A stretch of DNA of 64,000 bases from Leucoraja ocellata (taxonomy: Eukaryota), in assembly GCA_036785375.1 (NCBI GenBank), contig JAWMAR010000245.1, positions 310,001-374,000 on the forward strand, written 5' to 3'. The position numbers and the translations under genes were made by a program. The notes under the pieces were generated by a model. It was not told the DNA's origin, did no database searches, and worked only from the letters and a program-made list of their open reading frames with translations. Below, one piece after another: positions 36,651-48,320 of this stretch. The first letter of the stretch is position 1; each line of letters begins with the position of its first letter.

Positions 36651-39584
36651 TGAAAGAGTAGTGTAATTCTATACTTGTTAATGTGTTTAATTTTATTTTA
36701 TTTTGGCCTGTTCATTGTCTGTGTATTAGAAACTATTTTTTTTAGGGTGTGTGTTAAATGGGCTTTGGTGCATTACATGAAAATCTTGTATGTTCTACAA
36801 ATTAACTTCTTTGACATTTACTTTGACAAAAAAAAGTACTGCCTTCATTTGCCTTTACGATGAAAAGGGTTTTCCTTTTGGTTCTTTTGCTGCAAACTAT
36901 TGCTGCAGTACAATCTCCCTTTCCCTTCGTGCCGCTTATGTGTGTGCACAATATTCACGTGCTTTTCCGCTTTTTCGCTTCTCCCCATTACTTAACATAA
37001 ATGGATGTCATTGCCAGGATTGAAATCAAGTCCAGCAAAAACTCTTGCAGTTATACTGTGCTGAAATGTTAGTGTTAATGCTTTATAAACAAGTCATTCA
37101 TCATCTAGTATTGGAAATGAACCAATTGGTAACTGATCTGGGATCTGTTCCATGTAGGTTACTGGAGAGGAATAGGAAAGACATCCCATTTCATTAGACC
37201 TTATTAAATGATCTAAATTGACAACAAACTCGGATTAACCCCTCAATGTTTGATTTAAAGGTGCAATCCTCAGTAAAATGTGTTCCTCAGTTAAACACAA
37301 AATGTGTACATATTTTCTCCTTTGTGCTGAATGACTGTCCTAGCGTATAATTCACGAATGATTCATAGCCTCTCCTTTATATTGTCCAGTTTGTAAGAAG
37401 GTTGATTGGAATAGTCAGGTTGATAATTCAAGAATATTAATTTGTACTTTAAAGTAAAGGGAATATTCAGCCCTGCTGTGATTGGCACTAATTGCTGAGT
37501 TTCCTGGTGTTACATTGGGGATTAATTTTAAGATAAATGGACAAAGTTAGTCAACTTGAAATTGTTCAAAACGTGAAGGGGAAAAAACTGTCCAAATTTG
37601 CTTCCTCCTGAATTGTACGATTTGTCTACCTTATGTGAAACTTGCAGTTCCTGTCCATATTTGGCATTCTGAGTTAATTTATCAAAGAATAAGCAAGAGT
37701 TCATCCAGTCCAAGTGCAAGGAGAGTGACAGGCATAAAGAGACTTCCTAGCATCCATAAGGCAAGTAATTATGTGTAAAAACGTGTGATCTCCGATCATT
37801 TCTGATCATTTAATCCCTGATCAGTTCTGCTCAGTTACTGCTGGGAAGATTGCACTGAGAATCTGATGACCCTTTTCATTAACATACAGCTTTCTTTCAT
37901 GGATTTATCAATCCATATAGATTTAATTGTTGGTAGTTTGTCACTGTGGTGCTGGCATGTAATGAAACATATGTTCAAGGAGAACAGCCTCAGTCTGACC
38001 AGGCTTGGTCTTTATCTGATAACCAGTATTTTAGCATCAGACAAGGATTGTGTTGGTGAATCTATAACAGTCATACTGGGAGGCAAACTATCTTCAAAAT
38101 AAGTGTCACAATCTTGTATGACTTTTAGTCATGTCCAGCTAAAGTGCAGTTTTAGAAATTCTCAACTTGAATATTGTTTTCTATGTTTCATATTAATATA
38201 AGATTAACTGTAAAAACATGCCACTATGAAAATCCTTTGGGACCTCCATTATTTTCTCTCATTCACATTCCAGCTATGCCGTAAGGCATGGACGTGTATG
38301 GTTCTGTCAACAGTGCACTGCAGGTGGCCTTTAAGATGTGTTCGAGAGAGACATAGGATCATTTACCTCCTGTACATAAAATCACAGATTTGGACTAGCT
38401 CTTATAAAAATCTTGTTGACTTTTTATTATAATATATAGATCTTAATCATGATGGATAAACCTAAATGTTTCTTCATTTGGATATATTAGTAGTAGGAGG
38501 TAGGAAAAGCTTAGTTTATTCAGGATTTACGAGGATTCACTTTTAGCTTTGGGTCCCGTTTTTAATCTTTTCCCAATGTATCAGTGTCCGATGGTCAGAT
38601 CAAGTTCACACATTGATAACTCAAAAGATAACGAGTATTTGTGCTCTCCAAAGCCCCTGCACATCATTTAACTATCCCAGTGTGAATGAAAAATACCTGG
38701 GACTGATCATGTATGCTTGGGGTCCTTGCTCATGTTTTTCTTGTGTAAACTACAAGGGTTTACTGCTGGACTGGGGATTCCATGTTTGGCCTAATATTGA
38801 GGTACAATCTTAAATTATGAGCTCAGGGAAATGGTGCTGATAAAAAAGCTCGTTTTAGGAGGCACACTTTGGAATGGGAAATTCTGGCCACTGAATACAA
38901 TTGGGAAACAAAAAAACACAATTGACATTTTTGCTGCTGAAGAATCTCTTAAGTAAAACCAAACTGACAACAAAATGTTTTGGAATATGTATCTGCTGTA
39001 ACAAAAATGAATTCCTTTTGTTTTGATGTATGTTATTCTTCGTAACTCTTATTTTGAATTTGAAAATGTAATTGTTCTGTTTGCACAATATTTTTCTGCC
39101 CTGTAGACGGGTGTGGATGGAATCTGTCAACTCCACATCAGTGAGGTAAAGGAACATCTCCTATTTACAGCAAAGCAAAAATAAACAGATGTCTCCATTA
39201 TAATTTGCATTTACTTTATGTACATTCATTTAAATGTAAGTTATGGGTAACTTTTCTTTTAAGATAATAATAGCAAATTAAACTCCTCCTTCTTGCCTTG
39301 ATTCAGACATTTACCTTTCTAGAAACCGGACTTTTCTTACCATTGTGGGTGTTTAATCTTTTGGGCAAGCAATATATATATATATATTACTTGCTATTAA
39401 AGTCTTTCATTTGGGCTTTAATTAAATGTATTTAACCAAAATTTGTGTTTGTGTGTTTCGTTGACATTGCAGTTATACTATTACAAGTCTGCTATGGTTC
39501 TCCCACCATGCACTGTGGACTGTTATACGGTGAGTTTAAATGTGTGTCCCTGCAAGTCTAACTGCTGTGGCTACAAAAAACAAA

Positions 39585-40045
39585 TACCAGCAAGTGACCA
39601 TTTCCAACAAGAGTCTTAATCCCTTCCGTTCAACACCATTGCCATGGTAACATTCCCCCAATATTGACATCATGAGGTTCGATATTAACAGAAGCAGCCA
39701 CGGACTTAATGTTGAGCAGGTTAGAGGCTGGGTATTTTGTATCAGGTAACTCCCACTTCCCACTGTCATCGTTCAGGATCTTGCTGGCATGATGCCCACC
39801 TGCCTGGGTGAGTGCATCTCCCAACACCCAGGACTAAGAAGGTCACGCAACAAGCATCCCCACCCAACTTCCGCTTCCCTCCACCACTGCACACCACAGC
39901 TGGAGTGCTAAACATGCAACATGGCAAGCTTACTTCAACAGCACCTTCCCATCCGCTCACAGTAGAGCCAAGAAGAACACAGACACCACATGTATGGGAA
40001 TGTTTAAATTCCTCTTCAAGTGACATATCATTGCTGACCCTACCC
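39585..40045 (+). mobile_element. Old non-LTR retrotransposon RT C-terminal remnant
   Basis: tgaccatttccaacaagag...gagcaggttagaggctgggtattttg...gtaactc...cacctgcctgggtgagtgca.ctcc resembles a recalled elasmobranch LINE. A related piece lies at about 58220-58330. Confidence 0.5.
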
Positions 40046-40088
40046 AAACCAGCCCTACTCACTTGCACTGGGAAGGGATCATACCTTG

Positions 40089-40332
40089 AACCAGGAGCCA
40101 CAGTTTAAGAATAAGGAGTAAGCCATTTAGAACGGAGGCGAGGAAACACTTTTTCTCACAGAGAGTGGTGAGTCTGCGGAATTCTCTGCCTCAGAGGACA
40201 GTGGAGGCAGTTCCTCTGGATGCTTTCAAGAGAAAGCTAGTTGGTGCTCTTAAAAATAGCGGAGTCAGGGGATATAGGGAGAAGGCAGGAACGGGGTACT
40301 GATTGTGGATGATCAGCCATGATCACATTGAT
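40089..40332 (+). mobile_element. CR1 3' fragment
   Basis: aaccaggagccacagtttaagaataagg...ttctcacagagagtggtgagtctg.ggaattctctgcctcagag...gatgatcagccatgatcacattg. Confidence 0.88.
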
Positions 40333-41749
40333 TCACCATGACATGACTTGATAAGGATAGATTAGAGTGGGGCAATAAATGCTGGTTATCTCAAATCACC
40401 ACGTCTCTCGAATGAACAAACAACAACTTAATGTAGTTGGTTTTTGTAGAAGGTTTTAGAGAGATTTCATGTCCTGTATTTGAAAAACATTTAAATGGCG
40501 AGAAGTCAACAGAGAATCAGAAAGATTTGGGAGGGATTTCAATGAGTGGCTTCAAGGACTGACAGTGGATTAGAAGGAGCTGATTGCACAAGAGTGAAAT
40601 GCAGGGCTCAAAATCACGGTTGGAAAGTGGAGTGAGACCATACTGAGGAAGATTTCAAATTAGATCTGATAGATGGCGTTGAGCCACTGAGGAAATATAG
40701 AAACAGAAAATAGGTGCAGGAGGCGGCCATTTGGCCCTACGATTCATTGTGATCACCACAATCAGCAGCAGAAGGAGTTAGAGGACAAGTTGTCAATGGT
40801 TTGGCACTGTGTGAACCTGGAGGTTTGGTGAGCAGCTAAATGAAAACTAATAATGAGACGAGTTGACGAGGTAGGCATGGGGATGAAGCATTAAATACAT
40901 TTTACCAATGGACAGGAATCAATCATGGGTAGAATAACATCCCGAGGTTGTTGCAAATGAGTGAGTGAATGAGGCGAATGGCAAGAACAGAACCGTCGAT
41001 GCACTCATTTTCTTTTTTTTAATGTTTTGTTAACATTTCATAAATCCTTATTCATAAATCACGAGACAAAACCTTATCGCTCAGTAATATTACTGACGTC
41101 CAATTGCTAATGAAAATAGATTTATATTCGCTTGACTTCCAATTTGGACATCACGTGTACGGAAATAGCTGCGTGTCCTAATGTGTGTAGTGTAGTTTCA
41201 TCATCAAGAACAAAGGCCCTTTAACAGTCTGATTGTTCTAATCACCTAGACAATTCCACTTTGAGTGGCGAGGTAAATTAAAGTTCCTTGCTGGATCTTC
41301 AAAGTTAATAACTAACCTTAATAATCATTTCGAGAAACCGGGAAACGTGTGTGCGATTACATTGCTTTAATTTAGCCCAACAACGCGATCATTTGAAACA
41401 CCATTTCGTGAGCTGGTGTCTTTTTTATTTCAATCTTTAGTCGTTCTCCGGGTGAAATAAACACCCGTCGAATGGGAAACGGGACGCCGTTCGCTTCTTT
41501 CCTGTCCACACCTAAACCGTCGTCCGTATCAGCTCGTCCAACCATCCATACTCATCATTTCGTGCCTCGGAGAACAGACACTGGTGTGGCCATTAGTCTG
41601 GTACTTACCTGGTGGGTAGAATAATTAGGAAGGGAAAAAAGGACACAACATTTACTTGGTGCTCTGATTCTGATTCACATTGCTCGTTCTCAATTATATT
41701 ACTATTCCACGGCACCAATCAACTTTAAAACAATAATTGAAATATTTTA

Positions 41750-41902
41750 TGTTTAAGGAAGGAATTTTATGTTTAAGGAAGGAACTGCAATTGCTGGAAA
41801 AAAAATCGAAGGTAGACAAAAAATGCTGGAGGAACTCAGCGGGTGAGGCAGCATCTAGATGCTGCCTCACCCGCTGAGTTCCTCCAGCATTTTTTGTCTA
41901 CC
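41750..41902. mobile_element. PLE-derived insertion containing a perfect 92-bp palindrome (41811-41902)
   Basis: ggtagac...gcatct|agatgc...gtctacc with no spacer. Flanking attgaaatat at 41736-41745 and 41903-41912, plus a 20-bp local duplication at the left end. Confidence 0.9.
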
Positions 41903-42429
41903 ATTGAAATATCTTTACTGGTATCCCCGTTACCCCATCAAATAGTTTGTCTCAAATAACAAACTGTCGGCGCGGCCAGAAATCTACATCGTTGATAAAT
42001 GCAGCGAATTCGTTACCCCTCTCTCTGCCCCCTGTGCTTCCACGACTGGGTGGGGGCGGGAGAAAGGAAGTGACCCTCTTAACGATGCCTGAATCCTATG
42101 CAGGTAATTTAAGGTTCCATTGAGGTAAAACAGATTTTTTTTAAATGTTGTAAGTGAAGATGCAATTGATCTACCAATGTCTTCAGGTCATTTCTAAAAA
42201 AGTGTTTGTTGTGAGGTTATTGTCAATGTGGATTCTCGGAAATGAAGTGGTTAATATTCAGAAATAGAACCAGTTCCACATGGGTTCAGACCTAAGTGTT
42301 TGAATACGTGAAGAAAATACATCACTTTCAAGCAAACTGGATGTGTTTTCTGAATTGATGCGGTTTGTCAACGTTGAATTAAAATGCCTGAAATATCAAA
42401 GTCCTAAAGAAACGCCAAGTTATTTCAAG

Positions 42430-43830
42430 TGTTTAAGAAGGAATTGCAGATGCTGGAAAATCGAAGGTAAACAAAATGCTGAGTTTCTACAGCATTTTGT
42501 CCAAGTTTTTTTGGAAATCCGATCGACCAATATGATGACCTTCACACTGTAAAGATTTGATACCTTATTCATAAGGAGGCAGGTTCTAGATGAGGAGAGA
42601 GTTCACCCCCATGCTAACCTGGTACAAGCTGTCGACAGTCAACAGGGAATGGTCTACTTTTCTGGTTACAGCCTTAGTTTAAAATAATGAGGTGATTGAA
42701 GATGCATTAATGGTTTAAACCGTGGAGACCTTGTCTCCTCCGCCCCCAACTTTAAACGGGAGCTTTGAAGTTAATGAGTCTTCAGAAACAGAACTTTACA
42801 CACGGAAGCAGCAGAGACCAAAGAGCGGGTATCGACTGGACTACAAGTGGATCCGAATTTGCAAATGCCTCGCGTTTGTATAACTTTTCCACTTATCTAT
42901 GTAGTCTGGTTTGAATAAGACAGCGCCACCTTAGGACGTGGAGCCATATCCAGCGGGGCGGACACATGATAATCCCACCGGAATCCCAGCAGGAGTAATG
43001 ACAACCTGGGTTGTGTCTGACAACGCAGTCGCGCCAACAACCAATAAACTCGGTGAGTGGACAAAAATGCTGGAGAAACTCAGCGGGTGCAGCAGCATCT
43101 ATATCGGCTCGAAACGTTGCCTATCTCCTTCGCTCCGTAGATGCTGCTGCACCCGCTGAGTTTCTCCAGCAATTTTGTCTACCTTCGATTTTCCAGCATC
43201 TGCAGTTCCTTCTTAAACAATAAACTGGTTGTCAATACTTTTTATTCCTGCTCGGTCTACCCTTGTATCTTCTCCAGTTCTGGGATTTGGGATGTGTCCT
43301 AGAAACTCATGGGAAGAAGATAGACTTAAAAAAGCTGGAGTAACTCAGCGGGACAGACAGACAGCATCTCTGGAGAGAAGGAATGGGTGACGTCTCGGGT
43401 CGAGAGCCTTCTTGAGACGGATGAATTCATGGGAAAAATGTTATCTTAAATTCCAGTTCATTTGGGGCCTGACTTACCCCTCACGTATGTCACCTTGAGG
43501 GTCTCTACCCCCCCCCCCCCCCCTCCCCTCCCCCGCTTTAGTCTGACTCCACATCATCGGGAGAAATTCCAGAAGAAATATTGGTGCCACCTTGGAGATG
43601 AATGTCAGACCTTGGCCATTCTCTGGGTAATCAGACCCACGGGCAAGAAACTCGTCAGAAGTGTGTAGGAAGGAACTGCAGATGTTGGTTTGCACCGAAG
43701 ATAGACTCAAAATGCTGGAGTAACTCAGCGGGGCAGACTGAAGAAGGGTCTCGGCCCAAAACATCACCCATTCCGTCTCTCCAGAGATGCTGCCTGTCCC
43801 GCAGAGTTACTCCAGCATTTTGTGTCTAAA
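42430..43830. mobile_element. Four further PLE-derived insertions (about 42430-42502, 43058-43220, 43320-43418, 43660-43828)
   Basis: Each contains the atgctggag.aactcagcggg / cccgctgagt..ctccagcat arm. The 43058 copy is flanked by caataaact(c)ggt, and 43738 carries CTGAAGA-a-GGGT(CTCG)GCCC-aaaa. Confidence 0.8.
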
Positions 43831-45268
43831 CTCATCAGTAGCCCTGACTAATATTTATCTCTGGAGCGATATCACCGCCTCTGTTTCAGCAGTAATGGTG
43901 ATTACCCGACAGGTTACAAAGTGTTTGACGGATGTGAAAGGTGCGACCCAAACATACACGTTGTTTCTTTCTGAACGACTGCAGCGCCTTATATTTACAC
44001 TATTGGGGAAATTGTGCTGGAGGAGTCGTGCTGAAATGATACGTGTTATTTACTAAAGTTGTATTCAACAATGGTACGACCTCGATTGTAACAATTTCTG
44101 TTTTGAAGTGAGCACCCCCCGGTTCCTCTGTGTGTTTCCTGGTGGCGGTGAGGCGGTTCGGATCACAAGAAGATACTCAGATGCCTCGAGTGCATACCAT
44201 TTCTACATTATCCCCATAATATCCAATAGTTCTTCCCCGGTAAATGATTAATGTCGTGATCTATTTTGCGAAGCGGAATTGTCTTGGTCATTAGTGCAAA
44301 CATGTGTCTCCATTATGACTTTCCACGTTTAAAGCGGCCAGGATTAAAAGTGGGCAGTTAGTTGGATTGGGCAAACCAAGTTATCCTGGATCACTGATTA
44401 CTGATCTTGGGACATTGCCGCGTCGCACCTGTTCCTCCATCGTCTTCCTTGTCATTACACACACACAGAACACGGAATGTTATTGATCCGGACAGTTGCA
44501 GGCGGATCACTGACGCTTCAATGTAACAAACTGCTGGAGGGAAATGAACAGCTTTAGTTCCAGCTGAGTTTAGTCCAGTGTATTGTCACATGTACCGAGG
44601 TACAGTAAACAGCTTTGTGTTGCGTGCTGTCCAGCCAACGAAAAGACTATAAATGATTACAATCAATCCGTCCACATTGTACAGACACGTACAGGATAAA
44701 GCGAATAATATTTAGTGCAACACAACATCCAGTAAAAAGTCCGATTAAAGATAGTCCACATAGGACAGAAAGCTCTGAGTCAAACCAGAAATCTATCTGA
44801 AGAACAAGACGTGTCACCCATCCTCGCCATTTCTAAACATCCGCCTTGTTCCTTAACTTGTTTCGACACAAATTAAATCCCAACATTAGTATACGACAGA
44901 GATCAGACTGACATGTGAACCGTGCCGTCCCTTGTGCATTGATACATAATTCTTTGTTACATCTGTTTGTTTACCTGATGAAGTCATAGCATCGGAAACT
45001 TTGTAGCGGTTTTATCCCGCTGTGTACTATTTGAGAATTAATCATAAGGCAGAAATGAAACGAAGTATTTCACACAGCTCCTCTGCGCACATGGATTTGA
45101 AATCTATTTAGATAAAGAGTTCAATCAAATATCGTTTCTCCAAAATGTAATTGGAGGATTGCGTTGCTCTCTGAGACCATTTACATTTTTTTTTAACGTT
45201 AGATGCTGACGAATTATTCCACAATAAATAAAGGCGGTCGTTAACTGGCCAGTTAACAACGTTGCAAA

Positions 45269-45444
45269 GTGGTTAAGAAGGAACTGCAGATGATGGAAAA
45301 TCGAAGGTACACAAAAATGCTGGAGAAACTCAGCGGGTGCAGCAGCATCTATGGAGCGAAGGAAATAGGCGACGTTTCGGGACTATTTCCTTCGCTCCAT
45401 AGATGCTGCTGCACCCGCTGGGTTTCTTCAGCATTTTTGTGTAC
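45269..45444. mobile_element. PLE-derived palindromic insertion
   Basis: Inverted arms. TSD taacaac(g/t)ttgcaaa at 45254-45268 and 45445-45459. Confidence 0.88.
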
Positions 45445-46508
45445 TAACAACTTTGCAAAAAAAAACACAAACTAGAAAAGTAGGGAGCACCTGAAGATAA
45501 AGTGGAATAATGTTACATTTAGTGGGATTCATATAAATTGATTTGTATTGTATCAAATTCATTGTATCTCTAAATTTGTTTTTGGGTGTTACACAGATAT
45601 ATGTTTTTATTGAGGTTTAAGCAGGAAGTTCAGCTCGTGCATTAGTGGTGTTAGGACAGGTCTTCACGGAATGTAGTCATTTAGCAGGTGGTTTATACAC
45701 AGATGGGAAGACCCCACTTGTTTAGGATCTTTAGAACAAACGCTTCACGTTCAGTAACGCACTTTGTGATAAGTGACCACTCTTCCGATATAGAGGCGAA
45801 AAGGCCAATTAGTCAAGGGTCTGTCTGAATGGCCCGTATATAACCATCACAAATGGACCAGGAACAGGTGAAACTCGGGCGCAATTATTTGTTTTTCAGT
45901 CCGATACTCAATCCTCAACTGACGTGTTTGTATCCTTAAAGATGTGAACTATAATGGTGTGTGTAGATTGTGCCCAGGTTCAATATGTGTGTCTGTGTGT
46001 TACAACAATGTATCCGTTCGTACACGTATAGATATAGACGTGTTTTGAATATATGAGAGCATCAGTTCAATGTATTATTCAACAACACAATAATACTTTT
46101 ATCAGAGATTCCTGAGTAATAGCAATAGCTGGATGTGTGTTTTGTCGAATACACATCGTTCAGAGGGAAATACATTCACGAGAATGGAACTGGATAATTC
46201 CTCTCCAAAGCGTGTTCGAGAGAGACTTAAACTTGTCGTAAAGTTGTTCAAACGACAATTCAGAAACGAGCATTTGTAAATGAAATGGAGCATTAGAGTT
46301 TCTTGTAGTTCCTTGTCTCAACATTGTAGATGACAGGTACATCCGAGTTTGTTTCGCCAGAAATTACACCCGTGTTCACTTCGTCCGAAAATGTCCCACA
46401 TGCCAGTCGATAGATTGAAAGCCCCAATCTCCTCTCCCGGGGTAAACAAAGGATTTCAACCAACGATATCAAATGAGGGAATCAGAGAGGTGAAGCAGGA
46501 GGTGCCCA

Positions 46509-46740
46509 GTGTAGATACAAAGTGCTGGAGTAACACAGGTGGTCAGGCAGCATCTCTGGAGATAAAAGATAGGTGACGTCTCGGATCGGAACACTTCTAT
46601 TTTTCTGTCTGAAGAAGGGTTCCGACCCGTAACGTCGCCTGTCCCTTATCTCCAGAGATGCTGCCTTGACCCACTGAATACTCCAGCACTTTGTGTCTAT
46701 CTTTGATATAAACCAGCATCTGTAGTTCTTTGTTTCTACA
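46509..46740. mobile_element. PLE-derived palindromic insertion with a near-intact hammerhead core
   Basis: CTGAAGA (46609-46615)-a-GGGT(TCCG)ACCC-GtAA-CGTC inside diverged inverted arms. Confidence 0.8.
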
Positions 46741-47139
46741 GACGGAGCCGGACCATTAGACTGGTGATTGAACAAGGGGTATAGACTCCAACACCAACAG
46801 ATCACAGGAATATCAGGATCATTTGGGAATGTGCTTGTGTGGAAACAATGTATGTGACGAGTGTAATGTTGAAGGGTTGTAATTATCTCTGCTTCATGTT
46901 TTACTTCTAGTCCATGTTCGAAAACGATGTGATTAACGTTAAAACAATGGCAACAGCAGATTTGCAACGTAAACCCTTTTGCAACTTTAATTATGATAAA
47001 AAAAAAACGTCTCAACGGCAACATCGCCTCCCCGCGAGGAATTGAATTGAGTTTCGAGGCTAATGGGGCATCTGTTGAGCTGCCCGTGTCCATGTGGGCA
47101 GGAGCAGTCTCGCTTTAAGGCGCTAACCTGTCACTGGGG

Positions 47140-47184
47140 CTGTGTGTGTGTGTATGTGTGTATGTGTGTGTGTGTGTGTGTGTG
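47140..47184. repeat. (GT)n microsatellite at the promoter
   Basis: tgtgtgtg... with two tgta interruptions, seen directly. Confidence 0.95.
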
Positions 47185-48314
47185 GGTGGAGCGGCAGTGC
47201 GCAGGCGCGCCTGGCTGTCTCAGGTAGCAGCGCTGGGCTGCGCTCAGTTGGAGCAGCGAGCAGCAGCGTCCTGTTAATCCAGCCTGTCCCACTCCGGCCA
47301 GCGCCGCTCGGACACTGCCTCCTGCACACAGATCGACCAGCGACCATTTATCGGGAGGAAGGAGAGAGAAACCTTCCAGTTGGAGCAGGAGAGGGATTCA
47401 AAAACACAGGCAAAAAAAAAAGTTGCTGCAAAACTTCTACTAAACTTTGCAAAAGTTTCAACTCCATCTTCAACTATAAGTTGCAGCACTTCAGAGTTAT
47501 TTGTGGACTCGGCTGAGAGTGAGCCCAATTGTTCCAGCATTGGATGCGTTGCTGTCGAAGTGGGGGTACATGTTGCAGCGACTGAGATAGATAGATAGTG
47601 AGTGAGTGGCTCCGGGCGACTGGAGAAAGGGGAGAGCGGATTGAATCGCGTTGCTGCCGCTGGAAGAGGTCGCTTAAAGCAAACAAAGCGAGAGCAGCGA
47701 GTGGAGGGAGGTAGCAGCGGCGCCTTGTGAGCTACTACCAGAGAGGCTCCACACTCCCCCTCGACAATTCGTGTGACAGCCGACCGTGCAATGGCTGGAC
47801 GGCGGTGCAACGGACCCCGGCTCTGACAGACCCGACTCGCTGGGTGAAGTGGACTCTCGCTTGTTCAATAAACTGAGCGCTGCTCCTCGGATAAAAGTGA
47901 ACGGCCAAAGGGGACACACCATCGGGCATTTGTATTACAAAAGCTCAAGGCAGAAGTTGGATAAAAGAGACTCCAGGACGGAAAGAGTCAGATTTGGATT
48001 TAAAACACACACACAAAAAGCCCCACACATTAGGAAAGGCCGGAGATTGGCCGAAGGGGACGTGAGCAGAGCTGTGGAGGTATTTGCAGGAAGAGCGCGG
48101 GCTGTGTGAGCTCTCTTGTGGAGTTGGGCTCGAAACGTGAAAGAGTTTCACTAACAGGTGGAGGATGCTCACACAAGCCCCAGAGTCCTGAGAACCAACT
48201 GAGAACCATCCCCATCCTGACCGCTTTTGTTGCAAACAAGCAAACTGCTTTCCAAGAAAAGAAGTTCGATTGGCCTCCAGAGCCTGGAGATTTAGCAGAC
48301 AACCGCAGCTGAGG

Positions 48315-48320
48315 ATGCAG
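48315..48320 (+). CDS. Putative 2-codon (MQ) coding end of exon 1, probably of a WNT5-family gene (WNT5B if the upstream gene is ERC1)
   Basis: aggATGCAG|GTGAGT: A at -3 and a perfect donor. Human WNT5A exon 1 likewise contributes only two codons (MK), and ERC1-WNT5B and ERC2-WNT5A are conserved same-strand neighbours. No WNT coding exon is visible in the window, so the identity rests on synteny. Confidence 0.5.

Noticed and set aside
46482-47093. 203-aa minus-strand ORF, the longest in the track
   Set aside because: Its C-terminal half runs through a PLE-derived repeat (46509-46740) and it shows no recognisable domain. Likely a chance ORF.
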